In this document: piece by piece, positions 1 to 9,837 of the stretch
Layout of the letters: every line of letters begins with the position of its first letter
Position numbering within the stretch: position 1 is the first letter of the stretch
Assembly (NCBI GenBank): GCA_016930535.1
Contig: JAFGGN010000062.1
Location: 207-64,206, forward strand
Length of the DNA: 64,000 bases
Source of the DNA: a bacterium
GTDB lineage: Bacteria; Zhuqueibacterota; QNDG01; JAFGCO01
Direction: 5' to 3'
The notes under the pieces: model-generated
Told to the model about the DNA's origin: nothing
The model's input: the letters and a program-made list of their open reading frames with translations, nothing else
The model's database searches: none
Made by a program: the position numbers and the translations under genes

Positions 1-1
1 G

Positions 2-178
2 ACACTGACTGTATTCAATATGTTGGGTCAGGAAGTGACTACACTGGTCAATGAAGTTCAGGAAGCCGGTGTGTATCAGATGACCTGGGATGCTGCACAG
101 TGCAACAGCGGCATGTATTTCGTCCGGATGAATGCAGGCGGTCAGGTACTGACGCATAAAATGATGTTTTTAAAATAA
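2..178 (+). CDS. 3' end of a secreted protein with a T9SS/Por-type C-terminal sorting domain (partial, runs off the window)
   Basis: Manual translation TLTVFNMLGQEVTTLVNEVQEAGVYQMTWDAAQCNSGMYFVRMNAGGQVLTHKMMFLK* has the typical xxFNxLGQEV..G.YF.R...K.+.+K CTD pattern; not in the ORF track. Confidence 0.85.
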   Translation, partial: TLTVFNMLGQEVTTLVNEVQEAGVYQMTWDAAQCNSGMYFVRMNAGGQVLTHKMMFLK

Positions 179-214
179 GCTCTCCACCCAGGCAGTAGTA
201 ACCTTCCTTACAGT

Positions 215-262
215 GGGCGCAGATCAGGGACTCCACCGCCCGGTCTGCGCCCTTCCCTTTTG
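215..262. terminator. Hairpin between convergent genes, possible terminator
   Basis: GGGCGCAGAT (215-224) pairs with GTCTGCGCCC (243-252), followed by a pyrimidine tract. Confidence 0.4.
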
Positions 263-303
263 TGCATTCTGCTTGGTCTGTTGTGTCCGGAAGTGAGAAA
301 AAA

Positions 304-2229
304 TTATTGAGACTGTTTAAACTGGATCAGTGTTTGATCTCCCGACGATACCGAGGATAGGAACCTGACGAATTCTGTGTAATCGGACGGTGAAATGACA
401 GAGCGCCGGATATCGAATGACCGTTTAAAATGAATCGTTCCGTGTTCCGATTGGTCGATTGACCAGCTGTAATGTCCGAAGGGAGTCCTTAGTGAATCGC
501 TAACTGATCCGGTCAGGTATTCCCAGCTTTGAGGATAGCGGATCAGAATTTCATCCCGGGTAGAAACCGGATGACGAAGAACCACCGGATGCTGCCTGTC
601 CTGGTTCGGGAAGAGACGCGGCCAGTTAAACGCAGAAAAGCTGCCCGGATAGAGAGACAGAACATCGTCATTCTGAAACGCAATTTTATTGGTGATAAAA
701 CCGCTGTTGATGGTCAGCGGACGTTCCAGATTATTGATATGAGCGATCTGAATCACGTAATATTTGCTGACGGGAAACAGGGTAAGCAGTTCCTGACCGA
801 ACCAGGCGGTGATTTCCTGGGCGCGAATGCCGGAGAGCTGTCTGCGGAGCTCTATGGCATGGGCGCCGGTGAAACGGAGTTCGACCGTGCCTGTCGCCTG
901 ACCGTCTTCGTACAAATCGACCGACCAGAATCGTGTTGAAAGATTCCTTCCTATACTGTCAACCGGAGTGTTTTGCAGAACGGGATCCGTTCCCGCTTTC
1001 AATGCGAGGGTATTCTGGTCATACCAGGGCAGATTGCCGAATGCCTCGTACTTTTCTGTCGGATCCATCCAGATTTCGGTTCCGTCGGAAAGAGTGGCCA
1101 GGGCGATCACATGGTTGAACTGGGATATATTGACGACCGATGTGTCGATGCGGCCATGATACCAGTTGGAAAGGAGAACCGGACTGACTTCGATGCCTGC
1201 AGCCGAAGCCATTGCGATGAGTAATCCGGTCATATCCTTGCAGTCCCCGTATTTATTCAGAAACACACGGCTGGCCGAATGGGGCTGATAACCGCCGATT
1301 CCGATCTCGATAGCGATATAGCGGATACTGTTCCGGATGTATTCAAAGATGTTTTTAAGCTGTTCTTTCTGATTGGTCAAGTTTTCTGTCAGATTCCGAA
1401 CCATCCGGTGTATTGAATCATCGGCTTTGAATCGATCTCCGGACAGCCGCACAAAATAATTTCCTGCATCCTTCCAGGATTGGAAATTGGTGGTACTGAA
1501 AAGGATATGTGATGTTTGCGGTTCCATCGGCGGCATGGCCGTTTCCGTAACAAGCGGCGGAATATTGGCGGCGTTCCACTGATACTTGATATACTGACGG
1601 TACGGATCCGTTTGTGCAGATACGGGAATCCCCTGGTCATGTATCGCAAAATGAAATGACAATTCCCTTGGGCAAATCACAGTGATGGACGATTGAAGCA
1701 CGGGCTCCTGCATCTGGAAATTCCAGCGCGGAATGTTGGCTTGAGGTGGAAGACGCTGTGTCCATTCATATTCAAGAATACATCCGGTTTCTACAGCCGG
1801 CATGGAAAACCGTTTGGCCCTGACATCGGAATAAAAAATAAAATCAGGGAAAAGATTGATCTCAAACACCTGATTTTGGTTAAGCCTGACAATACGTCCA
1901 TCCGGTCGTAACGTTTTTGCTTTTATATGTGAAATCTCTGAATCTGAACCGAAGGGCAGTGTGACATTGGCGTAATCAGCGCCTCGCTTGTTCATGACTT
2001 TTACGGCGATGTGCCTTTTTACCAGGGTGGGTCTGTTTTCGTTCAGTTCAACCCGGGCTTCATTAAGAAGGAAAACGGCTGAAGCATCAGGGAACTGTGA
2101 GGTTAACCCGGTTGAGGCAGGATAAGTATTGGGTTCGGCGGGAAGAGGTTTTCTTGTGAGCACAGTACAGGAAATCAGAATTGAGAGTCCTGTACTGCAA
2201 AAAATAAAACGGGTCGTCTTTTTGCGCAT
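304..2229 (-). CDS. DUF3857 + transglutaminase-like domain lipoprotein
   Basis: Lipobox LISC; DUF3857-like N-domain (GCILEYEW); transglutaminase core IRYIAIEIG..GDCKD, FNHVI, WMDPT. Confidence 0.85.
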   Translation of the reverse strand: MRKKTTRFIFCSTGLSILISCTVLTRKPLPAEPNTYPASTGLTSQFPDASAVFLLNEARVELNENRPTLVKRHIAVKVMNKRGADYANVTLPFGSDSEISHIKAKTLRPDGRIVRLNQNQVFEINLFPDFIFYSDVRAKRFSMPAVETGCILEYEWTQRLPPQANIPRWNFQMQEPVLQSSITVICPRELSFHFAIHDQGIPVSAQTDPYRQYIKYQWNAANIPPLVTETAMPPMEPQTSHILFSTTNFQSWKDAGNYFVRLSGDRFKADDSIHRMVRNLTENLTNQKEQLKNIFEYIRNSIRYIAIEIGIGGYQPHSASRVFLNKYGDCKDMTGLLIAMASAAGIEVSPVLLSNWYHGRIDTSVVNISQFNHVIALATLSDGTEIWMDPTEKYEAFGNLPWYDQNTLALKAGTDPVLQNTPVDSIGRNLSTRFWSVDLYEDGQATGTVELRFTGAHAIELRRQLSGIRAQEITAWFGQELLTLFPVSKYYVIQIAHINNLERPLTINSGFITNKIAFQNDDVLSLYPGSFSAFNWPRLFPNQDRQHPVVLRHPVSTRDEILIRYPQSWEYLTGSVSDSLRTPFGHYSWSIDQSEHGTIHFKRSFDIRRSVISPSDYTEFVRFLSSVSSGDQTLIQFKQSQ

Positions 2230-2255
2230 ATGACATCCATTGGAGAACCCACGGC

Positions 2256-4028
2256 TTATTTCGGCAGTGACAGACGAAATAGACTGCCTCGTCCGACTTC
2301 GCTTTCAACATGCACGGATCCTCCGTGTATCAGCATGATGTGTTTGACGATCGACAGCCCCAGTCCTGATCCGCCCATAAGACGCGTGCGTGCCTTGTCC
2401 ACTCTGTAAAAGCGTTCAAAAATCCTCGGAATATCGGCTTTGGGAATACCGATCCCGTTATCTTCGACCTGAATCACGGTTCCGGACGGCTCCTCATCCG
2501 CCGATATTTTGATGCGGCCTTCCGGGGAACTGTATTTAACGGCATTGTCAAGCAGGTTGACAATGGCCTGTGTCATCAGGGGCGCATTGAGCTGCGCTTT
2601 GAAATCACCGGGATCAATCAGTTCGATTTGAATATTGTTTTCATCCGCCTTTGTCCGGCATAATGCCACTGCTTCCTCGAGCAATTGCCGGACCGAATAA
2701 GTCTGGAGCGTGATGTCTCCCTTTTCGGAATCGCGTTCGATCCGCGACAGATTCAGCAAATCTTCGATAATCAGATTCAAACGGTCCGTATGTTTGATGA
2801 TGATATCGAGGAATTCCGGCGCTTTTTTCTTGTCGTGGATCGCACCCTCTTTCAGGGTTTCCACAAATCCCTGAATGGCGGTGATGGGTGTTTTGAGTTC
2901 ATGAGACACGTTGGCCACGAATTCACGACGTATATTTTCGAGGTTTTTCTGACGGGTGATGTCGTTGAGAACGATCAAGCCTCCGATTATTTCATCGGAA
3001 GCGTCTCTGATCAATGTGCCATGCGCCTGAACCGTGAATTCACATTCACTGATAATGATAAATTCAGCTTCCTGGGAGTGCTTTGAGTCCAGTGTTTTGC
3101 GGATGAAACGCTGCAGCCCCATATTCCGGATGATGGTCTGGAGGTCTTTCCCAACGGCCTCTTCCGGTTTGATATTGAACAGCTTTGACATGGCATGATT
3201 CAGTCGCACCACATGTTCTTCGACGTCCACGACCAGAACCGCTTCCACCATGCTTGACAAAATGGCTTCAAGTTCGTTACGCTGTTTTGTGATTATGTCG
3301 ATACGTTCTTCGAGCTGATCAGCCATCTTGTTCATTGAATCGGCGAGATTTTTCAATTCCACCGGTCTTGTAATGTAAATGCGGTGATTCAGTTCGCCCC
3401 GGCCGATTCTCTGTGCCCCTGACTTGATCCGTTGAATGGGTTTGTTCAGCAAATATGTATAGAAAAAACCAATCACTCCGGAAATCAGTACGACAAGAAT
3501 TCCGGTCCATACAATTTTACGATATATTCGGGTCAATACCAAGGAAAGATCGGAAGCAGCCATGGATGTCCGTACAACGCCGATCACATGCTCGCCGGCA
3601 ATCACCGGAACGGCTACATAGAGCATATCGAGTTTCAGGGTGTAGCTGAACCGGATGGAAAATCCTGTTCTTTTCTGATAGGCTTCTCTGATTTCGGGAC
3701 GGTCCGCATGATTTTCCATGAACCGGTGATCTTCTTCCGAGTCGGCGATGACGACGCCGTCCGGCAGAATGACCGTAATCCTGATCTGATGCAAAGAGGC
3801 CAGATCATGGATCTGCCGGTTCACGTCTTTGAACTGGCGATTTTCAAGCGATGCGTTCAGGATTTGGCTGATTAGCCGTCCGCGGGCCTCGAGATCGATA
3901 CGGGTCCGCTGCAGGAAAAGATCTTTAAGCGCTTCCGAGGAATACAGCGTCACAACAATCAAAGAGACGAGAATCAAAATCAGATACTGGGGATAGATCT
4001 GCCAGATCATGCTTTTACGTGAAAACAT
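2256..4028 (-). CDS. phoR: PhoR-like sensor histidine kinase (HAMP-PAS-HisKA-HATPase)
   Basis: EFVANVSHELKTP H-box, NLLDNAVKYS N-box, RFYRVDKAR, GGSGLGLSIVKH; adjacent to an OmpR-family regulator. Confidence 0.8.
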   Translation of the reverse strand: MFSRKSMIWQIYPQYLILILVSLIVVTLYSSEALKDLFLQRTRIDLEARGRLISQILNASLENRQFKDVNRQIHDLASLHQIRITVILPDGVVIADSEEDHRFMENHADRPEIREAYQKRTGFSIRFSYTLKLDMLYVAVPVIAGEHVIGVVRTSMAASDLSLVLTRIYRKIVWTGILVVLISGVIGFFYTYLLNKPIQRIKSGAQRIGRGELNHRIYITRPVELKNLADSMNKMADQLEERIDIITKQRNELEAILSSMVEAVLVVDVEEHVVRLNHAMSKLFNIKPEEAVGKDLQTIIRNMGLQRFIRKTLDSKHSQEAEFIIISECEFTVQAHGTLIRDASDEIIGGLIVLNDITRQKNLENIRREFVANVSHELKTPITAIQGFVETLKEGAIHDKKKAPEFLDIIIKHTDRLNLIIEDLLNLSRIERDSEKGDITLQTYSVRQLLEEAVALCRTKADENNIQIELIDPGDFKAQLNAPLMTQAIVNLLDNAVKYSSPEGRIKISADEEPSGTVIQVEDNGIGIPKADIPRIFERFYRVDKARTRLMGGSGLGLSIVKHIMLIHGGSVHVESEVGRGSLFRLSLPK

Positions 4029-4031
4029 GGC

Positions 4032-4718
4032 TCACTCCGCAAAACGGTATCCGACACCACGAACGGTTTTGATGTACTGTCCGGCAGAAAGGAGCTTCTT
4101 ACGAAGCCCGACGATCTGCACATCCACCGAGCGGTCAGTCACCGGATAATCGGTTCCCTTGACCGCATCGATGATCTGGGCCCGTGTGAAAACCCAGCCG
4201 GGATGCAGCATGAGATAGTGCAGTATATGAAATTCGGTCGCTGTCAGTTCCACGGATTGGCTGTCCACCTTGACATCGAACCGGACCGGATCGAGTTCAA
4301 TATTGAAAACCGTCAGCACATCGGTTTTGGGCAGGTTTTTTATCCGCTGCCTGCGCAGCACGGTCCGGATCCGTGCGATCAGCACCTTGGGACTGAACGG
4401 TTTGGTGATATAATCTTCGGCGCCAAGTTCGAGCCCGGTTACGATGTCCGATTCTTCCCCTTTGGCCGTCAGCATGACAATGGGAATCGACGCGGTTTCG
4501 TCATTATTCTTCAACATTTTGCATACGTCGAATCCATCCATGCCGGGAAGCATCAGGTCCAGCACAACGAGGTCGGGCCTGTTTTGTCCGGCTTTCAGCA
4601 GGGCTTTCTCTCCCGAATCCACACAAGTGACTTCATATCCTTCATTCGCCAGATTGTACCTGGCGAGTTCGAGTATGTCCTCTTCGTCATCGACCACGAG
4701 TATGTGAGCTTTGTTCAT
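4032..4718 (-). CDS. phoB: PhoB/PhoP-like OmpR-family response regulator
   Basis: Receiver (LVVDDE, LDLMLP, KPFS) plus winged helix (LTATEF, DRSVDVQI..LRKKL, TVRGVGYRF). Confidence 0.8.
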   Translation of the reverse strand: MNKAHILVVDDEEDILELARYNLANEGYEVTCVDSGEKALLKAGQNRPDLVVLDLMLPGMDGFDVCKMLKNNDETASIPIVMLTAKGEESDIVTGLELGAEDYITKPFSPKVLIARIRTVLRRQRIKNLPKTDVLTVFNIELDPVRFDVKVDSQSVELTATEFHILHYLMLHPGWVFTRAQIIDAVKGTDYPVTDRSVDVQIVGLRKKLLSAGQYIKTVRGVGYRFAE

Positions 4719-4762
4719 ATAACCATCCTTTTAAACATGCATCTAAGAATAAGGATTTGGTT

Positions 4763-4790
4763 TGTTAAATTCAAGTTAGAAATTTGTTAG
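4763..4790 (-). promoter_or_regulatory. Pho-box-like triple direct repeat upstream of phoB
   Basis: TGTTAA(4763), AGTTAG(4774), TGTTAG(4785), i.e. YTAACW units on the minus strand at an exact 11-bp period. Confidence 0.55.
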
Positions 4791-4867
4791 GAAAAATGTT
4801 TGACTTTTTTCCGCAAAATGCCGTATTTATGCGTTGGACAACCTGATCAAATAACAGGAGACGCATC

Positions 4868-5395
4868 ATGAAACGATTGACTCTGATCACCCTGTTGATC
4901 ATCGCCTGTCTGGTGATGACCGGATGCTCATCCATGCATGTTACGGTCAAGTATGACGATGAGGTTCAGTTCAGCCAGTATCAGACATTCCGGTTCGTGA
5001 AACCCAGGCACAAGGACAGCCAGTCGGTGAGGGATCCGTTCTTCACCAGGGAAGCCATGCAGGAAATCCGTCCCCTGCTGGAGGAAAAGGGATTCCAGGA
5101 AGCCGCATCCATGGAAGAAGCGGACCTGCTGATTCATTTTTATGCATACGTGAGGAATCAGGCGGATTATGTGCCTACCACGTACAGGCGGGGCCGCTGG
5201 GGACGCGTGCACCGGGCCTCCCCGGCGCATGTGGTGCATTACAAAACGGGGACGCTCGTGATCGATGTGGTGGATGCGGACAAAAAGGAGATGGTCTGGC
5301 AGGGCGTGGGCAAAGGCGTGCTCGACCGGTTCGATCCTTCCACGGATCTCGTCAAGGCAGTGGCCGAGGTGCTCAAGGATTTTCCGCCGTCCTGA
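4868..5395 (+). CDS. DUF4136-family lipoprotein
   Basis: Lipobox MTGC; YKTGTLVIDVVDA..VWQG motif. Confidence 0.8.
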   Translation: MKRLTLITLLIIACLVMTGCSSMHVTVKYDDEVQFSQYQTFRFVKPRHKDSQSVRDPFFTREAMQEIRPLLEEKGFQEAASMEEADLLIHFYAYVRNQADYVPTTYRRGRWGRVHRASPAHVVHYKTGTLVIDVVDADKKEMVWQGVGKGVLDRFDPSTDLVKAVAEVLKDFPPS

Positions 5396-5750
5396 TCCTT
5401 CCGTTTCACGTGAGATATGATGAAATACCGATTTTACGCTTGAAAAGAAGATCGATTTTCATTACACTATACAGCATTACAATACGAATCCGTTTTTTGC
5501 CGGGCCTGCAGCGGGCATGCCGGACCAGACCGCAGATCGATTATAACCGGTAAAAGTGTAGACGGGTAAAAGCGTAAAAGGGTCCCCTCATCCCGGCCCC
5601 TCCAAGTCACTGCCAACGGCTGCATGTCAGCCGCTTTCCGGCAGGCGAACGGCGGGTCGGAAAACAGGAAAGAGCAAAGTTACGGAAATAAACGATTTAC
5701 TATACCATCGACCTGTCGACTCATCATAAAAATTTAAAAGGACATTAAAA

Positions 5751-6830
5751 ATGAAAATCGATCTTCGTCCCAATTGTAAGTATGCCCTGCTCATACCCAC
5801 GAGCATGGGCATTCGTATCACACCCGTCAACGGCCAGCCCGTACACTGCAGCGACATGTTCAAAATGACAGTCAGCAGCGCAGAATCCAATGTGGCCAGT
5901 GTGGCATCGTATCTGGGACTCCCGGTCAAGGTGTTGACCACGTTCGTCAAAGGCAGCCCCATCGCGCGCATGATAAGGGACAATCTGGCCCAGCGTCATA
6001 TGGACGTGGAAGGCCCCGAACTGCCTCAGGGCGGGCCCTGGGGATACCGCCATCAGATCAATATCGCGGACAGCGGTACGGGATCGCGCGGCCCGCGTGT
6101 TCAGAACGACCGTGCCGGCGAGGTGGGAAGAACCCTGAATGTACGGGATTTCGACCTGGAACGTATTTTCAATCAGGAAGGGGTGCAGATCGTGCATCTG
6201 TCCGGTCTGATCGCAGCCCTGTCTCCGGAGACCGGGCAATTCTGCCTCGAGCTCGCGCGGGCCGCAAAGAAACATAAAACGCGCATCTCCTTCGATCTGA
6301 ATCACCGCGCCTCTTTCTGGAAAAACCGTGAATCGGAGCTTCGGGATATTTTTCTTGAAATCGCCGGTGCCTCGGATATCCTGGTGGGCAACGAAGAGGA
6401 TTTTCAGCTGTGTCTCGGCATCGAGGGGCCGGAGGCCGGAGGAAAGGATCTGGCCGCCAAGATCGAGGGATTCAAGGCCATGATCAACCGTGCGAAGACA
6501 GCCTTTCCGGAGGTTACGGCGTTTGCCACCACATTGCGTCAGGTGGTCCACGCCAACAGCCATCTGTGGGGCGCCATCATGTCCGTGGGTGATGACTGGC
6601 ACGTGGTTGAACCGCGGGAAATCGGCGTGCTGGACCGCATCGGAGGCGGAGACGGTTTTGTGGGCGGTATGCTCTATGCCGTATTAAAAGGCTGGGAACC
6701 GGAAAAATGGATACAGTTCGGATGGGCCAGCGGCGCCCTGGCCACCACACTGCTTACGGATTATGCGCAGCCAGCGGATGAGGAGCAGGTCTGGAGTATC
6801 TGGGAGGGGAATGCGAGGGTCAGGAGGTGA
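5751..6830 (+). CDS. PfkB-family sugar kinase (2-keto-3-deoxygluconate kinase-like)
   Basis: AESNVA, FDLNHR, GNEED, DRIGGGDGF motifs. Confidence 0.85.
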   Translation: MKIDLRPNCKYALLIPTSMGIRITPVNGQPVHCSDMFKMTVSSAESNVASVASYLGLPVKVLTTFVKGSPIARMIRDNLAQRHMDVEGPELPQGGPWGYRHQINIADSGTGSRGPRVQNDRAGEVGRTLNVRDFDLERIFNQEGVQIVHLSGLIAALSPETGQFCLELARAAKKHKTRISFDLNHRASFWKNRESELRDIFLEIAGASDILVGNEEDFQLCLGIEGPEAGGKDLAAKIEGFKAMINRAKTAFPEVTAFATTLRQVVHANSHLWGAIMSVGDDWHVVEPREIGVLDRIGGGDGFVGGMLYAVLKGWEPEKWIQFGWASGALATTLLTDYAQPADEEQVWSIWEGNARVRR

Positions 6831-6834
6831 AGCA

Positions 6835-7200
6835 GGGTTAAAGAGGGTCATCGGGTCGTTGAGTCGTTGGGTCATCGGGTCTGTGGAGTCGGCGCGTGAG
6901 ACGGAGAACCGGAGACGCGGGGAACAATGACCGCAGACCGCGGACAGCCAGGCTGGCCGTCTGAGAATCGGAGAGACGGAGACGCTGGGAAACGGAGAAA
7001 AAAACGGATACAAATAAATTTTGACTCGTCTGCATGATATTGTCCCTTTTTCCGCTTCTCCCTTGCCGGGTGCGGCGCTTGCGCCTGGTTACGGCGCGCA
7101 GTACCTTATGCGGTTCTGTTTTGAATTTTGAATTTGTGTTTTGTGATATATTTGTTGTTTGGAATTTGAGATTATTGACGGTCAGCCGTCGGCGGTCCGC
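6835..7200. repeat. Modular intergenic repeat, copy R1
   Basis: GGGTC 8-mer module (6845-6880), GTGAGACGGAGAACCGGAG core, GAAACGGAGAAAAA, AT-rich TTTGAATTT/TTGGAATTT module (~7115-7170). Confidence 0.8.
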
Positions 7201-7228
7201 GCATTTAAGATATAAGGAGTGCCACAAC

Positions 7229-7939
7229 ATGAATGTTCAAGATATCGCTAAAATGATCGACCATTCTTTGCTTCATCCGACGCTGACGGATGCGGAGCTG
7301 GAAGCCGGATGTGCGCTGGCCCGGAAATGGGACGTGGCATCCGTGTGCATCAAGCCCTACGCGGTCAGGCAGGCCGCTGCCTGGCTCGGGGGATCGGATG
7401 TGCTCACGGGTACCGTGATCGGATTTCCGCACGGCAATTCGGATCTTTCCGTCAAAACGGCGGAGACGGGACAGGCGTGCAGCGACGGTGCGGTTGAAAT
7501 CGACATGGTCGTGAATATCGGCAGGGTACTCGGAGAGGACTGGGATTTTATTGAGCGTGAAATCGCCGGCGTACTGAATGTGTGCAGAAGTCACGAGGCC
7601 GTGCTGAAGGTCATTTTTGAAAACGATTATCTGCCCGGGGACCGGTTTAAGATCCGTTTATGTGAAATCTGCAGTGACCTGAAGGTGGATTATGCAAAAA
7701 CATCCACCGGATACGGATTCGTGAAGATGCCGGACGGAAAATACGCATACCGGGGCGCCACGGATCATGATTTGAAACTGATGCGGAAACACTGTCATCC
7801 GGATGTCCGGATCAAAGCGGCCGGGGGGGTGCGCACGCTGGATGATGTGCTCAGGGTGCGGGCGCTCGGTGTCACACGTATCGGCGCTTCGGCCACGGAA
7901 AGTATACTCGAGGAAGCGGTCAGGAGATTTCAAGATTAA
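7229..7939 (+). CDS. deoC: Deoxyribose-phosphate aldolase (start reassigned from 7034)
   Basis: IDHSLL, VIGFPHG, EIDMV, KTSTG, KAAGGVR, RIGAS; AAGGAG RBS before ATG 7229. Confidence 0.92.
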   Translation: MNVQDIAKMIDHSLLHPTLTDAELEAGCALARKWDVASVCIKPYAVRQAAAWLGGSDVLTGTVIGFPHGNSDLSVKTAETGQACSDGAVEIDMVVNIGRVLGEDWDFIEREIAGVLNVCRSHEAVLKVIFENDYLPGDRFKIRLCEICSDLKVDYAKTSTGYGFVKMPDGKYAYRGATDHDLKLMRKHCHPDVRIKAAGGVRTLDDVLRVRALGVTRIGASATESILEEAVRRFQD

Positions 7940-8085
7940 CAAGTCCATAGTGTCTGCAGGGTCGTTGGATCGGAGCGTGAAACGGAGTATCGGAGCGGTG
8001 GAGAAACGGAGAATAAAAAAAACAGAATGGATTTGCAAACGGAACTTCTTTTTCTCCGTTTCACTGTATCTCCGGTTCTCCGATG
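7932..8085. repeat. Modular intergenic repeat, copy R2
   Basis: AAGATTAA, then GGAGCGTGAAACGGAG..GGAGAAACGGAGAATAAAA..GGATTTGCAAACGGAACTTCTTTTTCTCCGTTTCAC palindromic unit. Confidence 0.85.
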
Positions 8086-8245
8086 CGATCCCAGGTTCAT
8101 CGTCCATGGTCCATTGATTCACCGCATCTGCAGTTCCCCGTTTCAGTCCGTGTTCCACTTCCGTATATCCGGGATCTGACAAATTCCGTGGAACCGAACA
8201 GGGGTTTCGAATGTTATTTATGAATAATAAAAATACAAGGAGTGA

Positions 8246-8455
8246 ATGATGACCGATCATGTGTATAAAATCGTTGAAGTCGTGGGAACCTCGCGCATCA
8301 ATATGGAAGACGCCATTAACACAGCCATTAAAAACGTGGGAAAATCCGAAAAGAACCTGAGATGGTTCGAACTGGTCGAAACACGCGGGCAGATCGAGAA
8401 CGGGGAAGTGGCCTATTGGCAGGTGACGGTACGGGTGGGTGTGACCGCAGCCTGA
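8246..8455 (+). CDS. Dodecin (flavin-binding protein)
   Basis: HVYKIVEVVGTS..AI..A..LRWFE..ETRG..WQV pattern; 69 aa; RBS AAGGAG. Confidence 0.9.
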   Translation: MMTDHVYKIVEVVGTSRINMEDAINTAIKNVGKSEKNLRWFELVETRGQIENGEVAYWQVTVRVGVTAA

Positions 8456-8567
8456 GCGGAATTTTTCGTTTTCTGATGCGGGATCCCGGCTGTTCCCGGC
8501 CGGGGAAATCCTTTCATGTATTTTTTATTAAAACGCACGAAACATTGAAAATCCGGGGGACAGAGGG

Positions 8568-9380
8568 ATGGAGAAGTTCGCCACATTGAATCCGATTCTG
8601 CAGGCCCTTCTTGCCACGTGTTTTACCTGGGCCGTAACTGCGCTCGGAGCGGCGCTGGTTTTTTTCTTTAAAACCATTCAACGTAAAGTATTGGACGGCA
8701 TGCTGGGATTCGCCGCCGGCGTGATGATTGCGGCCAGCTACTGGTCGCTTCTGGCACCCGCCATTGAAATGGCGGAAAACAACCTGACCTATGCACCGTG
8801 GATCCCGGCAACCGGGGGATTCCTTCTGGGCGGATTGTTCCTTTTTTCCGTGGACAAACTGCTGCCCCATTTGCATCCGGGTATGAAAACCGGGGATGCG
8901 GAAGGCATTCATACAAGCTGGCGGCGCAGTGTATTGCTGGTGCTGGCCATTACCCTTCATAATATTCCGGAAGGTCTGGCCGTGGGTGTGGCATTCGGGG
9001 CACTGGCCGCGAAACTGCCTTCGGCCACTTTGGCCGGAGCCGTGGCCCTCGCAGTAGGAATCGGGATTCAGAATTTCCCGGAGGGGACCGCAGTATCCGT
9101 TCCCCTGCGCAGGGAAGGCATGTCAAGGGGCAGGGCATTCTGGTACGGTCAGCTGTCGGGACTGGTGGAGCCGGTCGCCGGTGTCGGCGGCGCCCTGGCC
9201 GTCATCATGATGCGTCCGATACTGCCCTATGCACTGGCTTTTGCCGCAGGCGCCATGATTTACGTGGTCGTGGAGGAGCTGATTCCCACGTCGCAGGAAG
9301 AAAAACATTCAGATGTGGCCACCATCGGTGCCATGGCCGGATTCGCGCTCATGATGACGCTGGATGTGGCTCTGGGGTAA
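8568..9380 (+). CDS. ZIP-family (GufA/ZupT-like) metal transporter
   Basis: [44 protein letters not shown]. Confidence 0.9.
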   Translation: MEKFATLNPILQALLATCFTWAVTALGAALVFFFKTIQRKVLDGMLGFAAGVMIAASYWSLLAPAIEMAENNLTYAPWIPATGGFLLGGLFLFSVDKLLPHLHPGMKTGDAEGIHTSWRRSVLLVLAITLHNIPEGLAVGVAFGALAAKLPSATLAGAVALAVGIGIQNFPEGTAVSVPLRREGMSRGRAFWYGQLSGLVEPVAGVGGALAVIMMRPILPYALAFAAGAMIYVVVEELIPTSQEEKHSDVATIGAMAGFALMMTLDVALG

Positions 9381-9383
9381 GGC

Positions 9384-9835
9384 AAGAATCAAGATTAAAG
9401 ATTAAAGAACGAAGAACAAAGAACGAAGCACAAAGAAGGTTGAGTCGTCGGAACGGAGCGTGAAACGGTGAGGTGAGAAACGGGGAAACGGAGAAAAAGA
9501 TGGAGAAAACCGCAGAGCCGCAGTACGCCGAGACTTTCAGGTCAGTTGTACCGGAGCGTGAAACGGAGGGTCGGAGAGGATGAGAAACGGAGAATAAAAA
9601 ACACAGCGGTTTACAGACAGAACTTCTTTTTCTCCGTTTCACCGCATCTCCGTCTCTCAGCTGCAGTCCACGGCCTCATTCTTTTGTTTGAATTTTCGTA
9701 TTTTTAATTTGGAATTTATTTGAAATTTGGAGTTTGTTATTTGGAATTTCCCGCGGTCCGCGGTCATTGGATTGTCATCTCCGTTTCACCGCATCTCCGG
9801 TTCTCCGTTGCGGTCAGCAGTCTGCGGTCGTATTA
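9384..9835. repeat. Modular intergenic repeat, copy R3 (longest plus-oriented copy)
   Basis: Eight AAGAWYN heptamers (9384-9439), two GGAGCGTGAAACGG cores, palindromic unit, AT-rich module (9680-9750), GCGGTC module. Confidence 0.9.
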
Positions 9836-9837
9836 AC

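Noticed and set aside
5549-5580. Three GTAAAAG repeats upstream of the sugar kinase
   Set aside because: Irregular spacing, single locus, no supporting context
7034-7228. N-terminal extensions called by the track for deoC (also pyrR 20405, trpE 35390)
   Set aside because: They run through a repeat, the PyrR attenuator or trpA respectively; downstream starts match family N-termini
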